Shown one piece after another: positions 30,723-39,337 of a stretch of 64,000 nt of DNA (position 1 is its first letter; each line of letters begins with the position of its first letter). The notes under the pieces were generated by a model, which saw only the letters and a program-made list of their open reading frames with translations, did no database searches and had not been told where the DNA came from. Both the position numbers and the translations under genes were made by a program. The stretch comes from Gemmatimonadaceae bacterium (GTDB lineage: Bacteria > Gemmatimonadota > Gemmatimonadetes > Gemmatimonadales > Gemmatimonadaceae), in assembly GCA_051859245.1 (NCBI GenBank), contig JBHYGA010000006.1, positions 224,001 to 288,000 on the forward strand, given 5' to 3'.

Positions 30723-31475
30723 CTAGGCCGCGAGCGCCGTCAGCACAAACGGCACGTTGTCCCGTCGAATCATGATCGTGTGCTCATGGTGGGCGCTGAG
30801 CGAGCGATTGCTGGTTCGGAGCGTCCAGCCATCCGACTCTTCCACCACACGGGCCGGTTTGGCCGATACCATGGGCTCGAGGGCGATCACGAGTCCCTCG
30901 TGCAGGCGATCCTGACAGGTCGGGTCGGCCCAGTTCGGCACCATCGGATCTTCGTGCAGCTTCCGGCCGATGCCGTGCCCGTAGAGCGTCCGAAAGACCG
31001 ATGCGCCCTCCGCCTTGGCCGCGGCTTCCACCACGCCGCCCACTTCACGGAGGGTACGCCCAACGAGCGCATGCTCCAGTCCGCGCTGAAACGCCACCCG
31101 GGCAGCCCGCATCACACGTGTGCCGGCCTCGCTCGCCGCGCCCACGGGCACGGTGAGGGCGCTGTCGGCCAGATAGCCCTCGAACTCAAGCGTCACGTCG
31201 AGCGTGACCAGATCACCTTCGGCGAGCGCCCGTGCGCCCGGAATGCCGTGCACGATCTCCTCGTTCACACTGATGCAGGTGAATCCGGGAAAGCCATAGG
31301 TGAGCTGCGGCGCAGACCGGGCACCGGCTGCACGGGCAAAGTCTTCACCAATAGCGTCCAGCTCGCCGGTCGTAATGCCCGGGCGAACCGCGGCGCGCAT
31401 GGTGTGAATCGTGCGCGCCACAAGCTGGCCCACACGCTGCATGCCTTCGAAGTCGGCGGTTGAAAGAATCGTCAC
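30723..31475 (-). CDS. map: Methionine aminopeptidase type I
   Basis: CISVNEEIVHGIP, GHGIG..LHEDP, ALEPM, SAHHEHT. Confidence 0.95.
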   Translation of the reverse strand: MTILSTADFEGMQRVGQLVARTIHTMRAAVRPGITTGELDAIGEDFARAAGARSAPQLTYGFPGFTCISVNEEIVHGIPGARALAEGDLVTLDVTLEFEGYLADSALTVPVGAASEAGTRVMRAARVAFQRGLEHALVGRTLREVGGVVEAAAKAEGASVFRTLYGHGIGRKLHEDPMVPNWADPTCQDRLHEGLVIALEPMVSAKPARVVEESDGWTLRTSNRSLSAHHEHTIMIRRDNVPFVLTALAA

Positions 31476-31564
31476 TATTGAGCGTCCCGTCTGGTTGGGG
31501 TGGTCATGTTCACGTTACACTGTGAGCAGAGGCACTGCTACTCTCGTACTCATTTCGCTCGATC

Positions 31565-32929
31565 ATGTCCGATTTGCTCGCCGCGCGAAGCCAAATGGCG
31601 ATGTCGCTCGGTTTTCACATACTGTTCGCGGTGGTTGGCATCGGTATGCCGGCGCTCATGGTGATCGCTGAGTACCGCTACCAGAAACATGGCGATCCGC
31701 TGCTCAAGGAGCTCGCCAAACGGTGGGCCAAGGGCACCGCGATCCTGTTCGCGGTGGGAGCCGTCTCCGGTACCGTGCTGAGTTTTGAACTCGGTTTGCT
31801 CTGGCCCACGTTCATGGAGCACGCGGGCGGCATTATTGGCATGCCGTTTTCTCTCGAAGGGTTGGCGTTTTTTACCGAAGCCATTTTTCTCGGCATTTAT
31901 CTCTACGCCTGGGATCGCGTCTCGCCGCGCGCGCATCTCGCTGCCGGTGTGGTGGTGGCCGTGAGCGGTGCGCTCTCCGGTGCGTTCGTGGTGACGGCCA
32001 ACGCGTGGATGAATGCACCCACCGGCTTTACCGTCACCAACGGGGTGATTGGCAACGTGGACCCGATCGCCGCCATGCTGAATCCTGCGGCGTTCACTCA
32101 GGTGCTGCATATGACACTCGCCGCGTACGCCGCGACGGGTTTCGCCACGGCGGGTATCCACGCCATCGCACTGCTACGCAACACGCCGCATCGCGTGTTT
32201 CATCGCTACGCGCTGCAGATCGGGTTGCTGGTGGGAGTGCCGGCGGCCTTGTTGCAGCCGCTGTCGGGAGATCTCTCTGCCCGACATGTGGCCGAGTATC
32301 AACCGGTGAAGTTCGCCGCCATGGAGGCGCATCATCACACTGGTCCGATGCCGTTTGTGATTGGCGGCTGGCCGGATGTCACCGCCGGCACGAATCGATT
32401 TGCCATTGAGATTCCGGGTGCGGTATCACTGGTCATGAAAGGTGACGCCAACGCCAGCATTCCGGGATTGGACAGCGTGGTCGAGGCAGATCGTCCACCC
32501 GTCGCCATCGTGCACGTGGCATTTCAGATCATGATCGCGTGTGGTGTGATCATGGGATTCGTGGGACTGTGGACCATTGTGCGCATCTGGCGACGCAAGC
32601 GCGGTCTCGGCGTGTCGCTGCCCAATGATCGACTGTTTCTGCGTTTGCTCGCGTTCAGTGCGCCGTTAGGCTTTGTTGCGGTTGAAGCCGGTTGGACGGT
32701 GACTGAAGTTGGGCGACAGCCGTGGATCGTGCAGGGATTCATGCGCACGGCTGATGCCGTGTCGCCCGTGCCCGGACTCGTGGTGCCGTTTATCGGATTT
32801 ACGTTGCTCTACATTGGCTTGGCGATCGCGGTGGTGTGGTTGCTGTATCGTCAAATCATCAAGACCGGTGTTGGCGCCAATCCGCGCGCCGGATTTACTG
32901 AAGAGCTGCCAGTGCCGGTGCGATCATGA
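31565..32929 (+). CDS. cydA: Cytochrome bd ubiquinol oxidase subunit I
   Basis: FHILF, FELGLLWP, QPVKFAAME, EVGRQPW. Confidence 0.95.
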   Translation: MSDLLAARSQMAMSLGFHILFAVVGIGMPALMVIAEYRYQKHGDPLLKELAKRWAKGTAILFAVGAVSGTVLSFELGLLWPTFMEHAGGIIGMPFSLEGLAFFTEAIFLGIYLYAWDRVSPRAHLAAGVVVAVSGALSGAFVVTANAWMNAPTGFTVTNGVIGNVDPIAAMLNPAAFTQVLHMTLAAYAATGFATAGIHAIALLRNTPHRVFHRYALQIGLLVGVPAALLQPLSGDLSARHVAEYQPVKFAAMEAHHHTGPMPFVIGGWPDVTAGTNRFAIEIPGAVSLVMKGDANASIPGLDSVVEADRPPVAIVHVAFQIMIACGVIMGFVGLWTIVRIWRRKRGLGVSLPNDRLFLRLLAFSAPLGFVAVEAGWTVTEVGRQPWIVQGFMRTADAVSPVPGLVVPFIGFTLLYIGLAIAVVWLLYRQIIKTGVGANPRAGFTEELPVPVRS

Positions 32930-33975
32930 GTACCGACACGCTGTTCACACTGCCGCACGCAGTCGCCGGCGTGATGGTGTTGTCGCTCAATGCGTATGTG
33001 CTGCTCGCTGGCGCCGATTTTGGTGGCGGTGTGTGGGATTTGCTCGCAAGCGGTCCGCGTCGCGAGCAGCAGCGTGCCACCGTGGCCGACGCGATCGGCC
33101 CGATCTGGGAAGCCAACCATGTGTGGTTGATTCTCGTGGTCGTGTTGCTCTTCTCCTGTTTTCCGCGCGCGTTTGCGCACTACTCCACCACGTTGCATGT
33201 GCCGCTCACGCTCATGCTCGTTGGGATCGTGTTGCGTGGATCAGCGTTCACGTTCCGCAGTTACGACAGCAAGGCCGACAACGTGCAGCGCCGCTGGGGT
33301 CGCGTCTTCGCCATTGCGAGCGTGGTGACACCCGTGCTGCTCGGCGTGTGCCTGGGCGCGGTCGCGAGCGGCCGCGTGCCGATGGTACCGCTCGATTCGT
33401 CGCGGACGTTTGCCGAGCTGTATCTGACGTCGTGGCTGAATCCGTTTGCGCTGGCCGTTGGTGTGCTGACGCTGGCGCTGTTTGCACATCTCGCGGCGGT
33501 ATATCTGGCGTGGGAGAGCACCGAAGCTGAGCTCAAGAACGACTTTCGGGAACGCGCGCTGCACGCGGCGGTGTGTGTGTTTGTTGCCGGCACGCTCACG
33601 ATTGTCCTGGCGCAGCGGAACGCACCGCTGGTGTACGCGGGTCTGACCTCGGGAGTCACGGCGCTCGGCATGCAGGGTGTGACGGCGATTGCCGGCCTCA
33701 CGGGTGTGTGGGCGCTCTGGAAACGCAAATGGTTTCTGGCGGTGGTGTGTGCGGCCGCGCAGGCCTCTTTCCTGCTCTGGGGCTGGGCCTGGTCGCAGTT
33801 TCCGTGGATGGTGCCACCGTCGCACACCATCACCGAGCTGTCGGCACCACGCGTCACACAACAGCTCGTGCTCGGCGTACTCGGGGTTGGTACGGTGATC
33901 CTGCTGCCGTCGTTCGTCTACCTGTTTCGGATTTTCAAGCGACGTGAAACGGCGTTTGAACGGCTCGACGCATAG
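32926..33975 (+). CDS. cydB: Cytochrome bd ubiquinol oxidase subunit II
   Basis: GADFGGG, IGPIWEANHVWL; ATGA overlap with cydA. Confidence 0.95.
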   Translation: MSTDTLFTLPHAVAGVMVLSLNAYVLLAGADFGGGVWDLLASGPRREQQRATVADAIGPIWEANHVWLILVVVLLFSCFPRAFAHYSTTLHVPLTLMLVGIVLRGSAFTFRSYDSKADNVQRRWGRVFAIASVVTPVLLGVCLGAVASGRVPMVPLDSSRTFAELYLTSWLNPFALAVGVLTLALFAHLAAVYLAWESTEAELKNDFRERALHAAVCVFVAGTLTIVLAQRNAPLVYAGLTSGVTALGMQGVTAIAGLTGVWALWKRKWFLAVVCAAAQASFLLWGWAWSQFPWMVPPSHTITELSAPRVTQQLVLGVLGVGTVILLPSFVYLFRIFKRRETAFERLDA

Positions 33976-34064
33976 CGTAGACTTCAGCTGCTCGTTGCCG
34001 ACGCCGGTGCGACTCTCGTGAGTATACCCTTGCTACCTGCACCAGCGAGCGCGACATTGCCCCC

Positions 34065-34760
34065 ATGCGACCAGACCTGATTCGCGTTGTGCTCATTGAT
34101 GATCACGCGATTGTTCGCGCGGGACTGAAAGCCATTCTCGCGACGGCCCGTGACATCATGGTGGTTGGCGAGGGCGGCAACGGACGCGAAGCGTTGTCAC
34201 TGGCTGAGCGGCTTGATCCGCACGTCGTGGTGATGGACCTGTCCATGCCGGAAATGGATGGCCTGGCCGCCACGCGTGAGCTGGTCAAAGCCAACGGCAG
34301 TCGACCGGTCGTGAGCGGCACACCACAAACACGTCGTGTGCTGATGCTCACCATGCACAGCGAAGACGAACATCTCGTGGCCCTGCTCGAAGCGGGCGCG
34401 GGTGGGTATTTGCTCAAGACGGTTGCCGATCGCGAACTGGTGGACGCGGTGCGCACGGTCGCGGCGGGCGATATCTACGTGCAACCCTCGGCGGCCCGCG
34501 CACTCGCACGCGGCCTGGCGCGCAAGGAAGAGCACGCCGACGATCGCACCAAGTTTGAACGGCTCACCGAGCGCGAGCAGGTGGTGCTCAAGCTGTTCGC
34601 CGAAGGTTACACCGCGCCGGAAATTGGCGAGCGGTTGTCGATCAGTCCGAAAACGGTGGATACGTACAAGCAGCGCATCAACGAGAAGCTGCACATCACG
34701 CATCGCACGGATTACGTGAAGCTGGCGCTGCGGCTCGGGTTGCTGAGTTCCGAGGATTAG
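34065..34760 (+). CDS. NarL/FixJ family response regulator (orphan)
   Basis: DDHAIVRAG receiver plus LuxR HTH (LTERE...ISPKTV). Confidence 0.92.
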   Translation: MRPDLIRVVLIDDHAIVRAGLKAILATARDIMVVGEGGNGREALSLAERLDPHVVVMDLSMPEMDGLAATRELVKANGSRPVVSGTPQTRRVLMLTMHSEDEHLVALLEAGAGGYLLKTVADRELVDAVRTVAAGDIYVQPSAARALARGLARKEEHADDRTKFERLTEREQVVLKLFAEGYTAPEIGERLSISPKTVDTYKQRINEKLHITHRTDYVKLALRLGLLSSED

Positions 34761-34787
34761 CCGCAGCGCTGGAAAATGCTTTTGCCG

Positions 34788-35945
34788 TTAGTTGGGCGGA
34801 TGCTTGTGCCCACCCACCATTTCGCCCCAGCCCATGCCGGTGTGTTTCCCGGTCTGATCATCGTGCTTCATCACAGCACCGCGTGACACAGTGGGAACAG
34901 GAAACTCCGCCGTGAACCCCACCGCCGGCCCTCCCTGATTTTCCACGCCCATCTCCTTGGACATCACCAACCACGCGGCCGTTGGCATCACATACGACGT
35001 GTCGTCGCGATAGCGCGACGCAGCGAGCATGATCTCCCGACGTTTATCGCGATCGGGCACGCTGTCGTTCGCGAGGATGTCACTGATGACATCGTGCATG
35101 GAATGCAGATTATCAAAGATGATCGCAACCGTCGGATAACGTGCGGCGAACGTTGGCGCAATCGTCGCCGTCATGGGCATCACTACGGGCATGTGCATCG
35201 GCGCGTGTTGAATCATGCCACGAAAACGATCGGTCGTTGCACGCACCAGACTGTCACGCTCAGCGTCGGTCTTCGCCACCATCAGCGGCTCGTACAGCCC
35301 CACCTGCAACCAGTGATACGCCCAGATCAGTCCGTTGAACTTGGGATACTGTTTGCGAAACGCCAGTGAGTACGGCATCTCCTGCATCAGCCGCATGCTC
35401 TTTGGCTTCGTGCTGAACGCGAGGTCGGGACGCGCGAAATAGGCGGCGATAATCCGTTCGGTTTCCCGATCCTTCGCCGCTTCATCGAGTCGCTGGTCTG
35501 ACCAGATGTCGTAAATCTGGCGGTGCAGAATATGCGCCCACTCGAACATGAGTTTGGCTTCGGGCGCCACACGCGCGTACGACGGCATGATCGCTTCTTC
35601 CGCCAGCGGCAAACGCGGCGGATTCACGAGCAGTTTGTTCACCAGAAAATTGAACTCACGCTCTTCGAGACGAGGAATCGCCTTTTCAACCGGTTCCTTC
35701 CACAAGACTTCATACAAAATCGCGTGGCCGTAGTCGAACGCGTTGAAGAGTTTGGCCGCGTCTGGATAGGTGCTCAGAAAGCGCCAGTTGAAGCTGCCGC
35801 CAGGGTAAAACTGTTCGGCGGTCGTGACCCACTGCGCGTGCAGTGACTTCGCCGGCGTAGACATCACCGCAGCAACGGCAACCAGCAGCGTGCTGCGTCG
35901 CACGATTCGTGACAGAATTCTCTCAGGCATCTGTTGTGTCTCCAT
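34788..35945 (-). CDS. Hypothetical exported His/Met-rich helical protein (putative metal-binding)
   Basis: Signal ending LHA-Q; internal duplication with HxxH motifs; HAPMHMPVVMPM; C-terminal GHKH. Confidence 0.75.
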   Translation of the reverse strand: METQQMPERILSRIVRRSTLLVAVAAVMSTPAKSLHAQWVTTAEQFYPGGSFNWRFLSTYPDAAKLFNAFDYGHAILYEVLWKEPVEKAIPRLEEREFNFLVNKLLVNPPRLPLAEEAIMPSYARVAPEAKLMFEWAHILHRQIYDIWSDQRLDEAAKDRETERIIAAYFARPDLAFSTKPKSMRLMQEMPYSLAFRKQYPKFNGLIWAYHWLQVGLYEPLMVAKTDAERDSLVRATTDRFRGMIQHAPMHMPVVMPMTATIAPTFAARYPTVAIIFDNLHSMHDVISDILANDSVPDRDKRREIMLAASRYRDDTSYVMPTAAWLVMSKEMGVENQGGPAVGFTAEFPVPTVSRGAVMKHDDQTGKHTGMGWGEMVGGHKHPPN

Positions 35946-35947
35946 GA

Positions 35948-36856
35948 TCAGAACAGGCGACGACCGAGGCCAAGCGCAATCGCGCTGCCCACGGTAAACG
36001 ACCACTGCTTATGCGTACCGCTCAACTCTCGGCCCACGCCCACATCAAACACGATCCGCGGCGAGACCTGATGACGAACACCCGCGCCGGCCGCCCAGAC
36101 CACGTCGGCCTCTGCCTCCAGACCGCGCTGCGCAAACACTTCCGCAGCGATCAGTGTGGACTTGAGCGGGAACGCACGATCCATCGAAACGCCTGCCATC
36201 CAGCGATGCGGCAGTTCAGCGATGGGTCCATTGTCGCTCAGTTCATCAACGGTTGGTGCATCTCCAAACGTGACGGACGCGTTGCCGTGCAATCGTACCG
36301 CGCCAAGCGCCGGGAGCGTTCGCGTCACGATGCCGGTGAGCGCGGGATAGGCGCGGTCTGGCGAGAACGCACCAACTGGCAACAACACTTCACCGCGCAC
36401 GGCAAACGCAGGTATGCGCGTCTCCACATTGAGCTGGTGAAACACTGACATGTGCAATCCCGAGAGGCCAGTTGTTCTCACGCTGCCATCAAACGGGACC
36501 GACGACGGAGACGGCGCGCGCAGCAAATCGCCGGTGGGCACGGACACCATGGGAAAGCCAAGCGACACGTGCGTGCGGGGAAACAGTCCGAACGCGAGCT
36601 CAGGTTCAACCTCGGCATGCCACGCGTCGCCGGCGCGTTCAAGACGTAACGGAGCGAACTGGAGCTCGATCGCACGCCACTCAATGGAAAGCGCATCCTG
36701 CACGCGCAGTGGACGTGAACCGTCGGTGTTGAAAAAGTCCGTTTGTGCCTGCGCGCTTCGGGGCGCAGCCGCTAAAACGATTGCAGCGCCAAGCGCAGCG
36801 GCGCTGGCAAATATTCGTACACGCGCGCGTCGTAGCGCACGAAGAGTGTACCACAT
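35948..36856 (-). CDS. Putative outer-membrane beta-barrel protein
   Basis: Signal AQA-Q, alternating beta strands, terminal Phe; GAGG RBS. Confidence 0.7.
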   Translation of the reverse strand: MWYTLRALRRARVRIFASAAALGAAIVLAAAPRSAQAQTDFFNTDGSRPLRVQDALSIEWRAIELQFAPLRLERAGDAWHAEVEPELAFGLFPRTHVSLGFPMVSVPTGDLLRAPSPSSVPFDGSVRTTGLSGLHMSVFHQLNVETRIPAFAVRGEVLLPVGAFSPDRAYPALTGIVTRTLPALGAVRLHGNASVTFGDAPTVDELSDNGPIAELPHRWMAGVSMDRAFPLKSTLIAAEVFAQRGLEAEADVVWAAGAGVRHQVSPRIVFDVGVGRELSGTHKQWSFTVGSAIALGLGRRLF

Positions 36857-36872
36857 GCAAACCTCAGAATTG

Positions 36873-36950
36873 TGAGTGATCGATCGCGGCGATTGTCGCG
36901 CGAGCAGAATCCAATCAGCCGGTCGCTATGGGCCGGCTGGCGATCACTCA
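36873..36950 (-). promoter_or_regulatory. Structured intergenic RNA linking the leader stop codon to the downstream translation start region
   Basis: Minus strand TGAGTGATCG...CGATCACTCA 10-bp closing stem with two inner hairpins; ends 7 nt before GAGG. Confidence 0.6.
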
Positions 36951-37427
36951 GGCTCGTGGCGGCGGTACGTCTGGGGCGTTGGCCGGTCCAGGAGGCGCAA
37001 TCGGGCTCGGCGCGCGATTGAGCGCGGCCACGATGCGGAGTGCGCCTGACGCACGCTCGTCGTGGTTGCTGACGGCGACGGTGCAGCCAGACGCACCACT
37101 GCAGTGTTCGGGTGCGCCCTGCTGCGGGCAGCAATCGTGAGGGGCAGCATCCCCGATGTCGTTCGCGGAGACCTTCGCTGCCACGGAAACTGGTGCGTCC
37201 GAAGTCTCGGCTACGGCGTCGTGTCCCGCGTGGTGTCCTGCGGACACCGGTGCGTTCTGTGACGCATCTGCGCCATGCGCAGCGGTCGCCGCGCCATGGG
37301 ACGCGTGCGACGACCACGCCTCTGCCTCGCCGAGTAAATGCGACAAACAGGCGCCGCCGCCCAGAAGAGACGGAACCAGCACCGCTGCCAACCACACCGC
37401 CATCACTCGTCGCCAGATCGAACGCAT
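36948..37427 (-). CDS. His/Cys-rich leader-type protein with C-terminal PPPRA (DUF2946/CutF-like)
   Basis: Hydrophobic N-terminus; HASH, GHHAGH, HDCC, HCSGASGC; ends RAPSPIAPPGPANAPDVPPPRA. Confidence 0.65.
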   Translation of the reverse strand: MRSIWRRVMAVWLAAVLVPSLLGGGACLSHLLGEAEAWSSHASHGAATAAHGADASQNAPVSAGHHAGHDAVAETSDAPVSVAAKVSANDIGDAAPHDCCPQQGAPEHCSGASGCTVAVSNHDERASGALRIVAALNRAPSPIAPPGPANAPDVPPPRA

Positions 37428-37458
37428 GACCCAAGGTAGCAAAACCGTCCGGAAAAAG

Positions 37459-37475
37459 ATACCCCCTAGGGGTAT
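37459..37475. promoter_or_regulatory. CsoR/RcnR-family operator-like palindrome
   Basis: ATACCCC-CTA-GGGGTAT, ~30 bp upstream of the leader start; matches the TAC-C-tract/G-tract-GTA operator style. Confidence 0.7.
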
Positions 37476-37489
37476 TTATCCGGTGGCGG

Positions 37490-39337
37490 TCACGTTGTGC
37501 CGACGGGCTCCGCTGCGCGCGCCGTTTGCGCCGGCGGTGTGAGGGTAGGAGCGGCCCGGTCCGGCGCCGGGATCTCCATGAGTGCACCCGAGATCTGGTA
37601 CCCGCTGTCCTCGCGCAGCGACCGTGCGATCGAACGGCGTCTATCGTCGATCGTTTCGCCGCCGTCTTCAAGCGCGATGCGGAGATCGCGGAACCGACGC
37701 CCGGAACTCACACAGAACAAGTCGCACAAATCGAGCTCGCGCGCGCACGCGTCGACACCCTGCTGCTCGATCAATCGCTGCGTGCGTGAAATGGTGGCCG
37801 TGCGTGCGTAGAGCTCCGCCGCCATATCCGCCAGGCGTTCCACGACCATCTGTCGCTCGATCAGCTTTTTCTTGTGTTTCATGACCGCGCGCTCGGTGGC
37901 CTGCGCCAACTCTGCGGTGTGCTTCTCGACAAAGCGCGCGTGTGGTTCAAGTCGCGCGTGCAACTTCACGTCAAATCGCTCGTGACGGCCAAGCGCCGAT
38001 TTCACGCGACCACCTACATACTCGGCCACGCGCTCCCAATGTTGCAACGGACTCTTGAGCGCGTCGGCCACTTCCTGGAGCTGCGCCGCGGGTCCCTGCA
38101 CACCATTCAAGCCAACATACAATCGCAAAATCTCGTTCGCGCCTTCAAAGATTCGATTGATGCGGGCATCGCGCAGATACCGCTCGTACGGCCATGGTTT
38201 CACAAAGCCGCGACCGCCCGCGAGTTGCACCATCTCATCACTTGCGCGCCAGATCAACTCAGACGCGAACACTTTGACAATCGCGGCCTCAAGTGACGCG
38301 TCAACGTCTTTACCATCGAGCGCCGCGGCAAGTGCCCCAACCATCGCGTCCGCCGCATACACGTCCGCGGCCATCGTGGCCGCTTTGCGCTGCGTGACTT
38401 CGAACGAGGCGAGTGGCGCGCCAAACTGCTGACGTAGCTCACCGTAGGCGATGTACTCGCTCACGAGCAACTTGGCGGCGGTCGTGCAGCCGGCCGCGAG
38501 TGACAGTCGACCGGCGTTCAGTGCGTTGACGGCAACCTGAAATCCCTTGCCCACTTCGCCGAGCACGTGATCATCGGGTACATACAGTCCGTCAAAAATC
38601 AGCTCGGCTTGTGTGCTCGCGCGAATGCCAAGCTTACGCACGGTACCGTGCACGTGAAACCCGGGCATATCGGGACGAATGATGAACGCCGTTGGGCGTT
38701 GCACCATCTTGCCGTTCCGTTCAACGAGCGTTTGTGCAAAGGTGACAATGACGCCGGCGCGCTGTCCGTTGCCAATCCAATGCTTGCGGCCATGCAACAA
38801 CCAGCCGTGTCCATCCGGCGCACGTTCGGCGCGCGACACAATGTTCTGCGCGTCGGAGCCCGTTTCGGGTTCGGTGAGCGCGTATGCGCCGAGTGTTTCG
38901 CCGCGTGCGAGCATTGGCAGGTAGCGCGCTTTCTGCTCGTCGTTGCCAAAGAGTACGATGGCCTTTGACGACAATCCGCAGTGCACGCCAATCAGCACAG
39001 CAAGCGACGCATCAACCGCGGCCACCGCGCCTGCAACAACGGCGTAGCCGGACGCCGAGAGCCCAAGACCGCCGTACTCGCGCGGAATGGAGATTGAGAG
39101 CATGCCACACGCGGCGAATGCTTCAATCACGGCTTCCGGAATCATCTCGGCTTCGTCCATCGCGGCCGGATCAATCACTCCGTCGCGCACGAGGCGGTGC
39201 AACTCCGCCACGAGGCGCGCTGCGACCGCCGCGTCCTCCGGCGCCCGCTCAGTGAGCGGGGCCGGATACGGGAACATCAGAGACTCGTGCAGCTCGCCTT
39301 CGAACAGCCCTCGAACGAACGACGATGGCATCGTCAC
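37490..39337 (-). CDS. Acyl-CoA dehydrogenase (ACAD9/VLCAD-like)
   Basis: YALTEPETGSDA, RQQFG, GGRGF, RIFEGANEILR. Confidence 0.93.
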   Translation of the reverse strand: MTMPSSFVRGLFEGELHESLMFPYPAPLTERAPEDAAVAARLVAELHRLVRDGVIDPAAMDEAEMIPEAVIEAFAACGMLSISIPREYGGLGLSASGYAVVAGAVAAVDASLAVLIGVHCGLSSKAIVLFGNDEQKARYLPMLARGETLGAYALTEPETGSDAQNIVSRAERAPDGHGWLLHGRKHWIGNGQRAGVIVTFAQTLVERNGKMVQRPTAFIIRPDMPGFHVHGTVRKLGIRASTQAELIFDGLYVPDDHVLGEVGKGFQVAVNALNAGRLSLAAGCTTAAKLLVSEYIAYGELRQQFGAPLASFEVTQRKAATMAADVYAADAMVGALAAALDGKDVDASLEAAIVKVFASELIWRASDEMVQLAGGRGFVKPWPYERYLRDARINRIFEGANEILRLYVGLNGVQGPAAQLQEVADALKSPLQHWERVAEYVGGRVKSALGRHERFDVKLHARLEPHARFVEKHTAELAQATERAVMKHKKKLIERQMVVERLADMAAELYARTATISRTQRLIEQQGVDACARELDLCDLFCVSSGRRFRDLRIALEDGGETIDDRRRSIARSLREDSGYQISGALMEIPAPDRAAPTLTPPAQTARAAEPVGTT

